A stretch of DNA of 64,000 nt from Parasphingorhabdus sp. (GCF_036963805.1 NZ_JBALUN010000009.1:314-64313); one strand, 5' to 3'. Shown: positions 19,701 through 29,816, counted from the stretch's first letter. Notes: a model not told the origin generated them from the sequence alone. Numbers and translations are program-made.

Positions 19701-19848
19701 GCGTTACAATTTGGGCGGTGCGGATGGTAAATTCCGGGTCTTCAAATCGCGCGATATTTTGATAACTATACCAGCCAGCCGCAAGACAAAGCGCAATGAC
19801 AATGAAGCAGATCAAACGGTTCTTTATCGAAAATTCTGCAAGGTCCAT
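16789..19848 (-). CDS. AcrB/AcrD/AcrF-family RND permease
   Basis: ARFEDPEFTIR; ALGMLVDNAIVV; IKNAIVLVD; SRVRPV. Confidence 0.96.
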   Translation of the reverse strand: MDLAEFSIKNRLICFIVIALCLAAGWYSYQNIARFEDPEFTIRTAQIVTQYPGATPEEVANEVTETLESAVQQMQEVKEIRSVSSAGRSEISVDIRYRFSPEKSDLALIWSKLRNKVNDVQNRLPPGAEPSQVNDDFGDVYGLYYLVTGDGFSPAELYEYVRALRTDLLSVEDVAKVQPLGMRQEAIYVEISREQANALGVSVDQIYGDLAKQNSVVPAGDIKLGDRRLKFQPTGEIQSVDAIKNLVVSTATSGRIVYLRDVASVTRDYVDPPSMIIRFNGKPAIAIGISNISGANVAKMGKGIDAKLEETKSLRPVGIEVHEYYHQGKIVETAVADFAINVVVALLIVLVTLFFFMGLRSAIVIGAVLLLTIAATLGTMYFIDIPMHRISLGALIIALGMLVDNAIVVTEGILVGTQQGQKKLDIAKDIVRRTRWPLLGGTLVGIIAFAPIGFAPGSTAEFTGDLFWVVMVSLLFSWIFAITAVPLFADILFPEAKDGEIEEKPEHPFFVRYKKFMRFVLGKSKLTVMVVAGLFVLSVLSFSMVKPGFFPPSTSPQIVVDFSQPEGTALAKTDAQMAKLETFVSKLDGVKDVQTLVGMGTLRYMLVYSPESPSSAYGQFLIKVDDYDLIAGILPKIQQHIDANYPDAQAKVWQFQLGPGGGSKIEAEFSGPDPTVLRLLADKAKAIMAKDGGAISIKDDWRQPVSVIQPVYNGESGRRLGVSREDLANALRANFSGRDVGVYRDGDQLIRIIARAPERERLDANALRGIQITSSTTGKSVPILEVVDRFETVWTNSRLRRVDRVWTINAQSDPLPGELAGELQERLRPDIEAIDLPEGYSFKWNGESGDSAEANGSLASTLPMGFLAMVLVVVVLFNAIKQPLIIWLTVPLSLIGVVFGLLATGTAMEFMAILGLLSLSGLLIKNAIVLVDQMDLEIREGKPRFDAVIDSATSRVRPVMMGSLTTVLGVIPLFFDAFFKSMAVVLVFGLTFATLLTLVVVPVFYSMFFRIKAEESAAS

Positions 19849-19859
19849 CTGCCCGCCCC

Positions 19860-20936
19860 CTACGGCTTGTAGGGACGGATTTTGTCGCCGTCATTTAAGT
19901 AGGCCGCACCAGCCGCCACGATGGTCTCGTCTTGTTTCAGGCCGCTAACAACCGGAACGCTCTCGCCAACACCTGTGCTGACCTCGACAGCGCGTTTCTT
20001 GACGGTCATTTTTTTTGTATCGACGACCCACACAAACCGCTTTTTGCCATCAGACAGAATCGCGCCGAGCGGCACCATGACCTGATTCTCTGCCTTTTCC
20101 CCTTCCAGCAGCGCACGGCTAGTAAAGACTGTGCCAGTCATGCCGGGCAGGACCGACAGGCTTGCAGGAGGTGTGAACGCAAACTTCACCTGAAATGTCT
20201 GGGATTCGGTGTCACCCTGAGTCGTAACCGAACGAAATACGCCTGGGATTTTTCTATCCGGGGCTGCACCCAATATCACATAGGATTCAGATGGCGGTCT
20301 ATTCGCCAGCCGTGGAACCAGACTGGCCGGCACGCTAACGACCGCTTCAACGGTGCCAACCGATTGCAGCGTGACGATGTCCTGATTGGGGCTGACATTT
20401 TCAAACTGTTCCACCAGTTTTTCGGCAACGATCCCGGAGAACGGCGCGCGTAGGATGGTGTCCGACAAATCCTTGCGCGCGCTGTCCAGTTGCGCTTGCG
20501 CAACGTCGCGCTGCGCCCGCCGTTGATCCACGGCAATGCGCGCGATGGCGTCTTCTTCGAGCAATCTTCGGGCACTTTGATACTCGGAGTTCGCAGAAGC
20601 ATATTGTGCGCGGGCTGAGTTAACCGCATTGCGATACCGCCGATCGTCAAGCCGGGCGATAACCGCACCGCGTCTTAGCTGCTGACCTTCCCTGACCGGA
20701 AAGCGGGTCAATAGCCCGCTGACCTGAAAGGTGAGCGTCGATGACTTTCCGGCCTCTATAATCGCGGGGAAACTATTGTCGAATGTCTCACTGGCCGATG
20801 CAACGACATGCAGTTTTGCCGGACGGACGATTTCATCCTTCTTCTCTTCTCCGCCAGAGCAGGAGGCCAAGAGGGTGCAGCTTGCGATTGCAACAAAAAC
20901 GGGCTTCAGCCACGGCTGTTTATTCAATATATTCAA
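19860..20936 (-). CDS. RND periplasmic adaptor (membrane fusion protein)
   Basis: LASC lipobox; LRAPFSG; barrel-sandwich hybrid domain. Confidence 0.93.
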   Translation of the reverse strand: MNILNKQPWLKPVFVAIASCTLLASCSGGEEKKDEIVRPAKLHVVASASETFDNSFPAIIEAGKSSTLTFQVSGLLTRFPVREGQQLRRGAVIARLDDRRYRNAVNSARAQYASANSEYQSARRLLEEDAIARIAVDQRRAQRDVAQAQLDSARKDLSDTILRAPFSGIVAEKLVEQFENVSPNQDIVTLQSVGTVEAVVSVPASLVPRLANRPPSESYVILGAAPDRKIPGVFRSVTTQGDTESQTFQVKFAFTPPASLSVLPGMTGTVFTSRALLEGEKAENQVMVPLGAILSDGKKRFVWVVDTKKMTVKKRAVEVSTGVGESVPVVSGLKQDETIVAAGAAYLNDGDKIRPYKP

Positions 20937-21059
20937 AAGCCTATACCTTCCCAGCTTTGGCGATCACATAATATGAAGGTTGCCTGTTTTTACATGATAT
21001 AGCAATGTATCCTTTAGGGCCATTGGGCTAAGAGTAATGTCGGGGAGATTTACTACAAA

Positions 21060-21497
21060 ATGTTAATGCAATTGCTTGTTGGTTCTGCCCTGATTTCCGC
21101 AACCATCATTGTAGAGGTCGGTTTTATCGGCCTTGCGACAGTCGGCCTTACCAAAGCAGGCGCTTGGCTCGTTGAGGGCAGCAAGATCCTGAAATTGATG
21201 ATTTCACTGCTGGCAATTGTCTTGTGGATGCTTGCAGCGATCAGCATAGCCGTCTGGATTTGGGCTGCCGCGTTTCTGGCCTTAGGTCAATTCGGTGATT
21301 TGGAAACCGCACTTTATTTCTCGGTCGTCTCCATGACCACTTTGGGATATGGCGACATAGTAATCGGCAAGGAATGGCGTCTGCTCTCCGGCCTGATCGC
21401 GGCGAACGGCCTTATCCTGTTCAGCTTGACCACCGCTTTCCTGATTGAGTTTATCAACCAACTGCGAACGGCCCAATCAGATGCATTGAAGAATTGA
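21060..21497 (+). CDS. Two-TM potassium/ion channel family protein
   Basis: ALYFSVVSMTTLGYGD selectivity-filter motif. Confidence 0.88.
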   Translation: MLMQLLVGSALISATIIVEVGFIGLATVGLTKAGAWLVEGSKILKLMISLLAIVLWMLAAISIAVWIWAAAFLALGQFGDLETALYFSVVSMTTLGYGDIVIGKEWRLLSGLIAANGLILFSLTTAFLIEFINQLRTAQSDALKN

Positions 21498-21505
21498 GTT
21501 GTAGC

Positions 21506-21575
21506 AATGTCGGTTTTTTGCGCCCATGGTGGTCGAAACCGGACATTCCGCTCACGGCCCACTTTCAGCCATTCG
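21506..21575. repeat. Palindromic intergenic element at the right edge of the cargo block
   Basis: AATGTCGGTTT (21506-21516) / AAACCGGACATT (21536-21547); shares TTTGCGCCC with the 11173 element. Confidence 0.6.
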
Positions 21576-21811
21576 CGGATAGATTTTGGAAACAGTCATC
21601 ACAAGGTTGCTTAAGCGGAGGCATGCTGATTCGTCGTCGGTTCCGGCTGTCAGTGTGACCTTCGCTAACGCAGCCTTCACCATGACAAGTCTTTATACGA
21701 TGCAGCACTACTACGCCCTTATGATTGTTGAACTACCCTAAAAAGCTGCTTTTTAGCTGAACCCCACCGACGCAGTTGCATTTCCGCAGCTGCAATCAGG
21801 AGACGGGGTTC

Positions 21812-22789
21812 ATGCAAACCAACGCAGTCATCTCTATAACGCCATCGCGATTGGGCAGCATGCTGCGCACCGCCTTGGGCGCAGAAATTGCCGAATGGCT
21901 TGCTGAGCCGCAAGTCGTGGAAATCATGCTCAACCCGGATGGCCGGATATGGCTCGACCGGCTGGATACAGGCCTTGCCGAAACCTCTTCCTTTTTGAGC
22001 GCAGCCGACGGCGAACGTATCATCCGGTTGATAGCTCATCATGTCGGTGCGGAAGCGCATGCTGCATCGCCGCGTATTTCGGCAGAGCTTCCCGAAAGCG
22101 GCGAGCGGTTTGAAGGTTTATTGCCGCCGCTCGCCGCAGCTCCCTGTTTTGCCATCCGCAAACCCGCAGTTTCGGTATTCAGTCTCGATGATTATGTGGT
22201 GGCTGGGATCATGACCGATAGCCAAGCTGATGCGTTGCGTGACAGTGTTTCATCGCGCGCAAACATTCTGGTCGCAGGCGGAACTTCCACCGGGAAGACG
22301 ACATTGGTCAACGCGCTTCTCGCAGAGGTTGCCAAAACCGATGACCGTGTGGTGCTGATTGAAGATACCCGCGAACTACAATGCGCCGCGCCCAATCTGG
22401 TCGCGCTGCGCACCAAAGATGGCGTGACCTCACTATCCGACCTTGTCCGTTCCGCATTGCGTTTGCGGCCCGACCGCATTCCCATTGGCGAGGTGAGGGG
22501 AGCCGAAGCGCTCGACCTGCTCAAAGCCTGGGGCACGGGACATCCGGGCGGCGTTGGAACCATCCATGCCGGTTCGGCTTTGGGCGCGCTTCGCCGGATG
22601 GAGCAACTGATTCAGGAAGCGGTTATTACCGTGCCGCGCCCGCTCATCGCCGAAACCATCGATTTGATCGCCGTGCTTGCCGGGCGTGGATCGCAGCGCC
22701 GTTTGGTCGAGCTTAGCCAAGTAACCGGCCTCAATGACGCCGGCGACTATCAACTCACCCCGATTGGAGAACCATCCCATGACAATTAA
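21812..22789 (+). CDS. trbB: P-type conjugative ATPase TrbB
   Basis: AGGTSTGKTT; ALRLRPDRIPIGEVRG; AWGTGHPGG. Confidence 0.96.
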   Translation: MQTNAVISITPSRLGSMLRTALGAEIAEWLAEPQVVEIMLNPDGRIWLDRLDTGLAETSSFLSAADGERIIRLIAHHVGAEAHAASPRISAELPESGERFEGLLPPLAAAPCFAIRKPAVSVFSLDDYVVAGIMTDSQADALRDSVSSRANILVAGGTSTGKTTLVNALLAEVAKTDDRVVLIEDTRELQCAAPNLVALRTKDGVTSLSDLVRSALRLRPDRIPIGEVRGAEALDLLKAWGTGHPGGVGTIHAGSALGALRRMEQLIQEAVITVPRPLIAETIDLIAVLAGRGSQRRLVELSQVTGLNDAGDYQLTPIGEPSHDN

Positions 22790-23099
22790 AAAATCACGCC
22801 TGGTTTCATACGCGATCGCTGCCACGACATTGATCGCAATATCCACGCCCGCTTATGCATCGGGTTCAGGCATGCCGTGGGAAGCGCCCTTGGAATCTAT
22901 ATTGGAGTCTATTCAAGGTCCGGTTGCCAAGATCATGGCGGTGATCATCATTATCATAACCGGATTAACGCTTGCCTTTGGTGATACGGCGGGCGGCTTT
23001 CGGCGGCTGATCCAGATCGTCTTTGGTCTTTCGATTGCCTTTGCCGCATCCAGCTTCTTTCTCTCCTTCTTCTCCTTTGGTGGAGGGGCCGTAATCTGA
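22779..23099 (+). CDS. trbC: TrbC/VirB2 pilin
   Basis: GSGMPWEAPL...IQGPVAK...FGLSIAFAASSFF. Confidence 0.93.
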   Translation: MTIKKSRLVSYAIAATTLIAISTPAYASGSGMPWEAPLESILESIQGPVAKIMAVIIIIITGLTLAFGDTAGGFRRLIQIVFGLSIAFAASSFFLSFFSFGGGAVI

Positions 23100-23371
23100 T
23101 GGAAAACTCCTCCCCTGATTTTCCCGGATTAACGGTGCCCCTTCACCGTTCGCTCGCCGAGCCCATCCTGCTCGGCGGTGCACCCAGAGCCGTCGCCATC
23201 GCCAATGGTACCATCGCGGCGGCTCTGGGATTGGGGCTTCGCCTCTGGCTGGTGGGCCTTGCATTTGGCCTAATCGGTCATCTCGCCTCTGTCTGGGCCG
23301 CCAAACGCGACGTGCAATTTGTCGATGTTGTCCGCCGTCATCCCCGTTACCCCAGTTATCTAGGAGTTTGA
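23099..23371 (+). CDS. trbD: TrbD/VirB3
   Basis: PLHRSLAEPILLGGAPR. Confidence 0.92.
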   Translation: MENSSPDFPGLTVPLHRSLAEPILLGGAPRAVAIANGTIAAALGLGLRLWLVGLAFGLIGHLASVWAAKRDVQFVDVVRRHPRYPSYLGV

Positions 23372-25809
23372 TGGAGATGCTCAATCTCTCAGAATATGCC
23401 CGCAAACCAAAATTGCTCGCAGATTACCTCCCCTGGGCTGCGATGGTCGACCCCGGTATTGTGCTCAACAAGGATGGCAGCTTGCAGCGTTCGGCTCGGT
23501 TTCGCGGGCCGGATCTGGATAGCGCAACACCGGCAGAATTGGTCGGCGCCAGCGCACGGCTTAATAACGCACTGCGCCGGTTAGGTTCGGGCTGGGCGAT
23601 ATTTGTCGAAGCGCAGCGGCTGCCTGCTGGTGATTATCCGGTAAGCGTCTTTCCCGACGCCGCATCTGCGATTGTCGATGAAGAACGCCGCGCAGGTTTT
23701 GAAGAAGAGGGCGCGCATTTCATATCCGATTATGTGCTGACTTTATTATGGCTGCCACCCGAAGATCAAAAGGCGGCCGGAGAATCCTGGCTCTATGAAG
23801 GCCGCGAGAAAGAAAGCCAGTTTGACTGGCGCGAACATCTCAAAACCTTTGCTGATCGCACGCAGCAACTGCTCGGTCTTATCGAAACCTTCATGCCCGA
23901 GGCGCGCTGGCTGGATGATGAAGAAACATTGTCTTTCCTGCATAGCTGCATATCGACAAAGCATCAGAAAGTGCGTCTTCCAGAAGCACCAATATATCTC
24001 GATGCGCTGATTGCAGATGAACCGCTCACCGGCGGGTTGGAACCCAAGCTCGGCAACAAACATCTGCGCACGCTTTCGGTGGTCGGGTTTCCGGGTTCAA
24101 CGACGCCGGAATTGCTCGATGATCTCAACCGGCTCGCCTTTCCCTACCGATGGTCGACGCGGGCGCTTTGTCTCGACAAGACCGATGCCACAAGGCTGCT
24201 CGGTAAAATCCGGCGTCAATGGTTTGCAAAGCGCAAATCAGTGGCTGCGATCATCAAGGAAGTGATGACCAACGAGGCCTCGATTTTGCTCGATAGCGAT
24301 GCCGCGAACAAGGCAGAAGATGCCGATCAGGCCCTGCAGGAACTCGGCGCTGACTATGTTGGCGCGGCTTATATCACCATTACCATAACGGTATCGGGTG
24401 ATACTGCTACGGGTGCCAATGCGCGGTTGGCGCAGATTGAAAAAATCATCCAGTCGCGCGATTTCACCTGCATCAAGGAAAATATCAACGCGCTCGAAGC
24501 GTGGATGGGGAGCCTGCCCGGCCATGTCTATGCCAATGTGCGCAGTTTTCCGGTCTCGACGCTCAATCTGGCGCATCTTATGCCGCTGTCTGCTGTCTGG
24601 GCCGGGCCAGAGATCAATGAACATTTAAGCGCGCCGCCACTATTTCTGGCAAAGACGCAAGGTTCGACGCCATTTCGCTTTTCCGGTCATGTTGGCGATG
24701 TCGGTCATATGCTGGTCGTTGGTCCCACCGGCGCCGGTAAGAGCGTGTTGCTTAGCTTCATCGCGATGCAATTCCGGCGTTATGAAAGCGCAAAAATATT
24801 CGCATTTGATTTTGGCGGCTCGATCCGAGCTGCGATGCTGGCGATGGGCGGTGAGTGGCAGGATCTTGGCGGAAACATTACCGAGCAGGCTAGTCCGATA
24901 ACTTTGCAGCCGCTGCGCAATATTGACGAGGCTGCAACCTGCGCCTGGGCAGCGGGCTGGATAGCATCGATTTTGGCGCATGAAGGCGTCGTTATCGATC
25001 CCGATGTCAAGGATCATATCTGGACGGCACTGCAATCGCTCGCATCCGCGCCGGTGCAGGAACGCACCCTCACTGGGCTTTCTATTCTCTTGCAGAACCA
25101 GCGGATTAAACAGGCACTCGCGCCCTATTGTTTAGGCGGAAGCTGGGGTGAAATGCTCGATGCTGACGAAGAAAGGTTGGGCCAGTCCGATCTGCAAGCT
25201 TTCGAAACCGAGGGTCTGATGGGCTCTGCTGCTGCCCCCGCTGTATTATCTTACCTATTCCACCGGATTGAATGTTCGCTGACCGGCGATCCAGCACTCA
25301 TCATCATTGATGAAGGCTGGCTAGCGCTGGCTGATACCGGCTTTGGCGCGACATTGCGCGAATGGCTCAAAACCCTGCGCAAGAAGAATGCCAGTGTGGT
25401 GTTTGCAACCCAGTCGCTCAGCGATATCGACGGCTCCAGTCTCGCGCCCGCGTTGATCGAAAGCTGTCCGACGCGGATTTTCTTGCCCAATGACCGGGCG
25501 CTGGAACCGCAAATCACTGCAATTTATCGCCGCTTTGGTCTTAATGATCGCCAGATTGAGATGACGGCGCATAGCGTGCCCAAACGCGATTATTATGCCC
25601 AGAGCCGCGATGGTAACCGGCTGTTTGATCTAGGGCTTGGCCCGGTCGCACTCGCCTTTTGCGCCAGCTCTTCCAAAACAGATCATGCCGCCATGTCCGA
25701 AATCCTGTCGCGTGATGACCCGGCTCCCTTTGCCGCGTCGTGGCTGCGCCACAAGTCGCTCGACTGGGCCGCCGACCTACTACCCACCCTAACCCCCAAG
25801 GAGAATTGA
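23371..25809 (+). CDS. trbE: TrbE/VirB4 ATPase
   Basis: LADYLPWA; VVGPTGAGKS; IIIDEGW; WLKTLRKKN. Confidence 0.96.
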   Translation: MEMLNLSEYARKPKLLADYLPWAAMVDPGIVLNKDGSLQRSARFRGPDLDSATPAELVGASARLNNALRRLGSGWAIFVEAQRLPAGDYPVSVFPDAASAIVDEERRAGFEEEGAHFISDYVLTLLWLPPEDQKAAGESWLYEGREKESQFDWREHLKTFADRTQQLLGLIETFMPEARWLDDEETLSFLHSCISTKHQKVRLPEAPIYLDALIADEPLTGGLEPKLGNKHLRTLSVVGFPGSTTPELLDDLNRLAFPYRWSTRALCLDKTDATRLLGKIRRQWFAKRKSVAAIIKEVMTNEASILLDSDAANKAEDADQALQELGADYVGAAYITITITVSGDTATGANARLAQIEKIIQSRDFTCIKENINALEAWMGSLPGHVYANVRSFPVSTLNLAHLMPLSAVWAGPEINEHLSAPPLFLAKTQGSTPFRFSGHVGDVGHMLVVGPTGAGKSVLLSFIAMQFRRYESAKIFAFDFGGSIRAAMLAMGGEWQDLGGNITEQASPITLQPLRNIDEAATCAWAAGWIASILAHEGVVIDPDVKDHIWTALQSLASAPVQERTLTGLSILLQNQRIKQALAPYCLGGSWGEMLDADEERLGQSDLQAFETEGLMGSAAAPAVLSYLFHRIECSLTGDPALIIIDEGWLALADTGFGATLREWLKTLRKKNASVVFATQSLSDIDGSSLAPALIESCPTRIFLPNDRALEPQITAIYRRFGLNDRQIEMTAHSVPKRDYYAQSRDGNRLFDLGLGPVALAFCASSSKTDHAAMSEILSRDDPAPFAASWLRHKSLDWAADLLPTLTPKEN

Positions 25810-25810
25810 A

Positions 25811-26560
25811 ATGAAAATCTGTAAATTTCGCACCCGTTGCATCGCATTGATGGCAGCCACAGCCTTGACGGTTCCAGTCATGCTACCTGCGCCAGCGCAC
25901 GCAGTGATTGTCTATGATCCCACCAACTATGCGCAAAATCTGCTGCAGGCGACGCGCGCGCTCGAACAGATCAGAAACCAGATCCAGTCGCTGCAAAATG
26001 AAGCACAATCGCTGCTCAACGAAGCGGCCAATCTCAAGAAATTGCCGAAGTCGGTTATGGCCGACGTCGATAAATCGGTACAGGCAACACAGGGCCTCCT
26101 CAAAGACGCGCAGCGCATTGCCTATGATGTCCAGAAGGTCGATGAGGCTTTTTCGAAACGTTACAGCCAGTCCAGTCTGACCGGTTCGAACGCCAAGCTG
26201 GTCGAGCTGGCGCGTGAACGCTGGAGCGATAGCATTGGCGGCTTTCAGGATGCGCTGCGCGTGCAGGCGGGCATTGTACAATCAATCGATCTGACACGCG
26301 CGAAGACGAATGATTTGATAACAAGCAGCCAGGGATCAGCGGGCGCATTGCAGGCCGCCCAAGCCGGCAATCAGTTGCAGGCTTTGCAGTTGAAGCAGCT
26401 TACCGACCTCACGGCGTTGCTAGCCGCCAATGGCCGCGCGCAAATACTGGATGCCGCAGCGAAAGCCAGCGCAAAAGCACAGGCACGCGAGCAATTCAAA
26501 CGCTTTCTCGGTAGCGAAAATAGCTATCAAAACTCAACCGTTCGCCTGTTTCGGAAGTGA
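25811..26560 (+). CDS. trbJ: TrbJ
   Basis: IVYDPTNYAQNLL; GALQAAQAGNQL. Confidence 0.93.
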   Translation: MKICKFRTRCIALMAATALTVPVMLPAPAHAVIVYDPTNYAQNLLQATRALEQIRNQIQSLQNEAQSLLNEAANLKKLPKSVMADVDKSVQATQGLLKDAQRIAYDVQKVDEAFSKRYSQSSLTGSNAKLVELARERWSDSIGGFQDALRVQAGIVQSIDLTRAKTNDLITSSQGSAGALQAAQAGNQLQALQLKQLTDLTALLAANGRAQILDAAAKASAKAQAREQFKRFLGSENSYQNSTVRLFRK

Positions 26561-26862
26561 ACGAAAAACGTCATCCGTTGCTGAAGCGTATGTTGATGGG
26601 AATGGCGGGCCTGGCGCTTGTAGTTGGCGTTGTCGCCGGTTTCTCCCGCACGGCCCAATTTCAGGAAGCAAGCAATACTGATAGCCGCCGGTCGGCCCCG
26701 CCTGATCCAATTTCTGTCGAACTGCGCCGTTGTTCGGCATTGCCGCACATGGAAGCAATGGATGACACCAAATGCCGCCGCGCCTGGACATTAAACCGGC
26801 AGCGCTTCTTTGGAAAATCAGAGGAATTGCTCTCCGATCTTCCCGATCGAAACAAGGAATAG
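26557..26862 (+). CDS. trbK: TrbK-like putative entry-exclusion protein
   Basis: ELRRC...CRRAWTLNRQRFFG, between trbJ and trbL. Confidence 0.8.
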   Translation: MNEKRHPLLKRMLMGMAGLALVVGVVAGFSRTAQFQEASNTDSRRSAPPDPISVELRRCSALPHMEAMDDTKCRRAWTLNRQRFFGKSEELLSDLPDRNKE

Positions 26863-26866
26863 CATT

Positions 26867-28144
26867 ATGCAATCGACCGGTGTCATCGACAGATTTCTGG
26901 ATGTCTTTTCGCGCTATATCGATAGCGGCTTTGGTTTGCTCCAGGGCGAGGTCGCCTTTCTCGCGACCACACTAATCGTCATCGACGTCACGCTGGCCGC
27001 ATTGTTCTGGACCTTCGGTGAGCCCGACAACATCCTTGCGCGTCTGATCAAGAAAACACTGTTCATCGGCGCCTTTTCTTACATCATCGGCAATTGGAAC
27101 GCGCTCGCCAACATCATCTTTGACAGTTTTGCTGGACTGGGCCTCAAGGCCACCGGCGGCGCTCTAAGCGCTGCCGATTTGCTCCAGCCCGGCAAGATCG
27201 CTGCTGTCGGCCTGGATGCTGGCAGGCCGCTGCTCGAATCCATCGGCGAATTGATGGGCTATGTATCCTTCTTCGAGAATTTTGTGCAGATCGTCATATT
27301 GCTGCTGGCCTGGTTTATCGTGCTGATTGCCTTTTTCTTCATCGCCATCCAGCTCTTCATCACGCTGATAGAATTCAAGCTCACAACGCTTGCCGGATTC
27401 ATCCTCATTCCTTTTGGACTGTTTGGCAAAACCGCTTTTCTGGCCGAGCGTGTGCTGGGTAATGTTGTGGCCTCCGGCATCAAAGTTCTAGTGCTCGCCG
27501 TCATCGTTGGCATTGGCACGACCATATTCAGTGAGTTTACAGCGGGATTTGCGGGCGAACAGCCGACTTTGGAAGATGCAGCCGTGCTGATCTTGGCGGC
27601 GCTGTCCATACTCGGCCTCGCGCTCTTTGGCCCCGGCATTGCCAACGGCCTGATATCGGGTGGTCCGCAATTGGGCGCAGGCGCTGCGGTTGGCACCGGC
27701 CTCGCGGTCGCAGGGGCAGGCGTTGCAAGTGCTGCCGGCGCGAGAATGGCTGGCGGCGCAGCGATGAGCGGCGTTAAAAAGGCGGCTGCTGTTTCCGGCG
27801 CGGCATCGGGCGGGTTTTCCGGTGCAAAAGCGGCATCAGGCGGCAAAACCGGCGCAGCCATTGCAGGCGGCGCAAAGGCAGCGGCTTCCGAGGCAGCCAG
27901 CCCGCTGCGCAAAGCTGGCCAAAGCATCAAGAGCAGTTTTGCCGATGGAAAATCCCGCGCCAGCGGACCAGCTAGCGATGGGCAGGGGGCTGCATCATCA
28001 ACGCCAGACCAAAGTCAGCCCCAATGGGCCAAGAAAATGCACCGTGCGCAGGATATGAAAAGCGGCGCGACGCTGGCCGCCCATGCCGTGCGTTCATCCG
28101 ATAGCGGCGGCAGTTCCACCCAAGTCAATGTGAAGGAAGATTGA
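26867..28144 (+). CDS. trbL: TrbL/VirB6
   Basis: GVIDRFLDVFSRYIDSGFGLL; IEFKLTTLAGF; Gly/Ala-rich tail. Confidence 0.95.
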   Translation: MQSTGVIDRFLDVFSRYIDSGFGLLQGEVAFLATTLIVIDVTLAALFWTFGEPDNILARLIKKTLFIGAFSYIIGNWNALANIIFDSFAGLGLKATGGALSAADLLQPGKIAAVGLDAGRPLLESIGELMGYVSFFENFVQIVILLLAWFIVLIAFFFIAIQLFITLIEFKLTTLAGFILIPFGLFGKTAFLAERVLGNVVASGIKVLVLAVIVGIGTTIFSEFTAGFAGEQPTLEDAAVLILAALSILGLALFGPGIANGLISGGPQLGAGAAVGTGLAVAGAGVASAAGARMAGGAAMSGVKKAAAVSGAASGGFSGAKAASGGKTGAAIAGGAKAAASEAASPLRKAGQSIKSSFADGKSRASGPASDGQGAASSTPDQSQPQWAKKMHRAQDMKSGATLAAHAVRSSDSGGSSTQVNVKED

Positions 28145-28827
28145 TGCGCTTTTTCAAACGCTCTGCAATTAGATACGCGACCACGCCCGAAGCCGAAACG
28201 CCCTATCGGCGTGCAGGCCAGATTTGGGATGACCGGATCGGATCGGCCCGCGTGCAGGCTAAAAACTGGCGTCTTATGGCCTTTGGCTGTTTGGCTTTGG
28301 CAGCGGGTGCAAGCACCGCGCTAGTCTATCAATCGCTGCAGGGTACCGTTGTTCCCTGGGTGGTGACGGTCGACAAATTGGGCGAGGCTCGCGCCGCCGG
28401 ACCGGCCTCGGCTGACTATGAACCGACCGATCCGCAGATTGCCTGGCATCTGGCGCAATTTGTCGAGCAGGTTCGCTCTATTTCTGCCGATCCGATCATT
28501 GTGCGCAAAAACTGGCTGCGCGCCTATGACTATGTGACTGATAAGGGCGCCCTGGCGCTTAACGACTATGCCAAGGCCAACGATCCTTTCGCGCAAATTG
28601 GCGAGCATCAAGTTGCTGTCGAGGTCGCCAGTGTTATTCGCGCATCGGATAAATCCTTCCGGATCGCATGGACCGAGCGCCATTATGACAATGGCCAACT
28701 GAGCCGCACAGAACGCTGGAGCGCGATTGCGACCATCCATATCCAGCCGTCGCGCACCCCTGAAGATATCCGCAAAAACCCGCTGGGCATATTTGTCCAC
28801 GCCCTCAACTGGTCAAAGGAGCTTTGA
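28144..28827 (+). CDS. trbF: TrbF/VirB8
   Basis: ETPYRRAGQIWDDRIGSARVQAKNWR; KNPLGIFV. Confidence 0.95.
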   Translation: MRFFKRSAIRYATTPEAETPYRRAGQIWDDRIGSARVQAKNWRLMAFGCLALAAGASTALVYQSLQGTVVPWVVTVDKLGEARAAGPASADYEPTDPQIAWHLAQFVEQVRSISADPIIVRKNWLRAYDYVTDKGALALNDYAKANDPFAQIGEHQVAVEVASVIRASDKSFRIAWTERHYDNGQLSRTERWSAIATIHIQPSRTPEDIRKNPLGIFVHALNWSKEL

Positions 28828-28829
28828 AT

Positions 28830-29816
28830 ATGACGTCCCCACATAAACTGCTTTCCTGTGCAATAATTCTGCCCTTGGCACTTTCTGCTTGCGGTCATGG
28901 CAGCGATAGGACCGGTCCAACGCAGTCAACACAAATGACCGCAGCGCGGCTGCTCATTCCGCCGCCGCCAACACCGCAGGCTGTAGTCCTGCCTAAAATA
29001 TTGCCCGGTCAGTTGAAAAAATTGGCGCGCGAGAAAGCGCGCCGCAAACTGATTTCGCCGGTTGACCGGATCACTCGCGCGAACAAAAAAGCACGCGTCC
29101 AGCCAGCAGGCGAGGGCTTTATCAATGCCGTGCAGGTCTATCCGTGGGCCGAAGGATCGCTTTATCAGGTCTATACCGCGCCCGGACAGATTAGCGATAT
29201 CGCGCTGCAGCCCGGTGAACGGCTTATTGGATCAGGACCGGTGGCGGCAGGCGATACCGTGCGCTGGATTATCGGCGATACGATAAGCGGCAGCGGCGCA
29301 AATGCCCGCGTGCATATATTGGTGAAGCCAGTGGCAAGCCGTCTTTCGACCAATCTCATTATCAATACTGACCGGCGCACCTATCATCTGGAACTCAATT
29401 CCACGCCCAAAGCCTATATGGCATCGGTAAGCTGGACTTATCCGCAAGATGAGCTGCGTGCTTTGACTTATGGCGCGGGCTGGGCGCGATCGATGGAACC
29501 CGTTGCTGCAGGATTGTCGCTCGATAATCTCAATTTTTCTTACAAGATCAGCGGTGACAAACCGGATTGGCGGCCGATCCGTGCCTTTGACGACGGACGG
29601 CAGGTTTTTATCACTTTTCCTGCCGGTGTCGGCAGGGGCGAGCTGCCGCCGCTATTTGTGCTCGGCGCAAGCGGAAATGCTGAACTGGTCAACTACCGCG
29701 TGCGGAACAATCACATGATTGTGGACCGGCTTTTTGATGTTGCCGAGCTGCGTTTGGGCGCAAAGAAACAGCAGATAGTCCGGATCAAGCGCCGCAAGAA
29801 AGCGAACCGGCGATGA
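28830..29816 (+). CDS. trbG: TrbG/VirB9
   Basis: VYTAPGQISDIALQPGE; AAGDTVRWIIG; LVNYRV. Confidence 0.95.
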   Translation: MTSPHKLLSCAIILPLALSACGHGSDRTGPTQSTQMTAARLLIPPPPTPQAVVLPKILPGQLKKLAREKARRKLISPVDRITRANKKARVQPAGEGFINAVQVYPWAEGSLYQVYTAPGQISDIALQPGERLIGSGPVAAGDTVRWIIGDTISGSGANARVHILVKPVASRLSTNLIINTDRRTYHLELNSTPKAYMASVSWTYPQDELRALTYGAGWARSMEPVAAGLSLDNLNFSYKISGDKPDWRPIRAFDDGRQVFITFPAGVGRGELPPLFVLGASGNAELVNYRVRNNHMIVDRLFDVAELRLGAKKQQIVRIKRRKKANRR

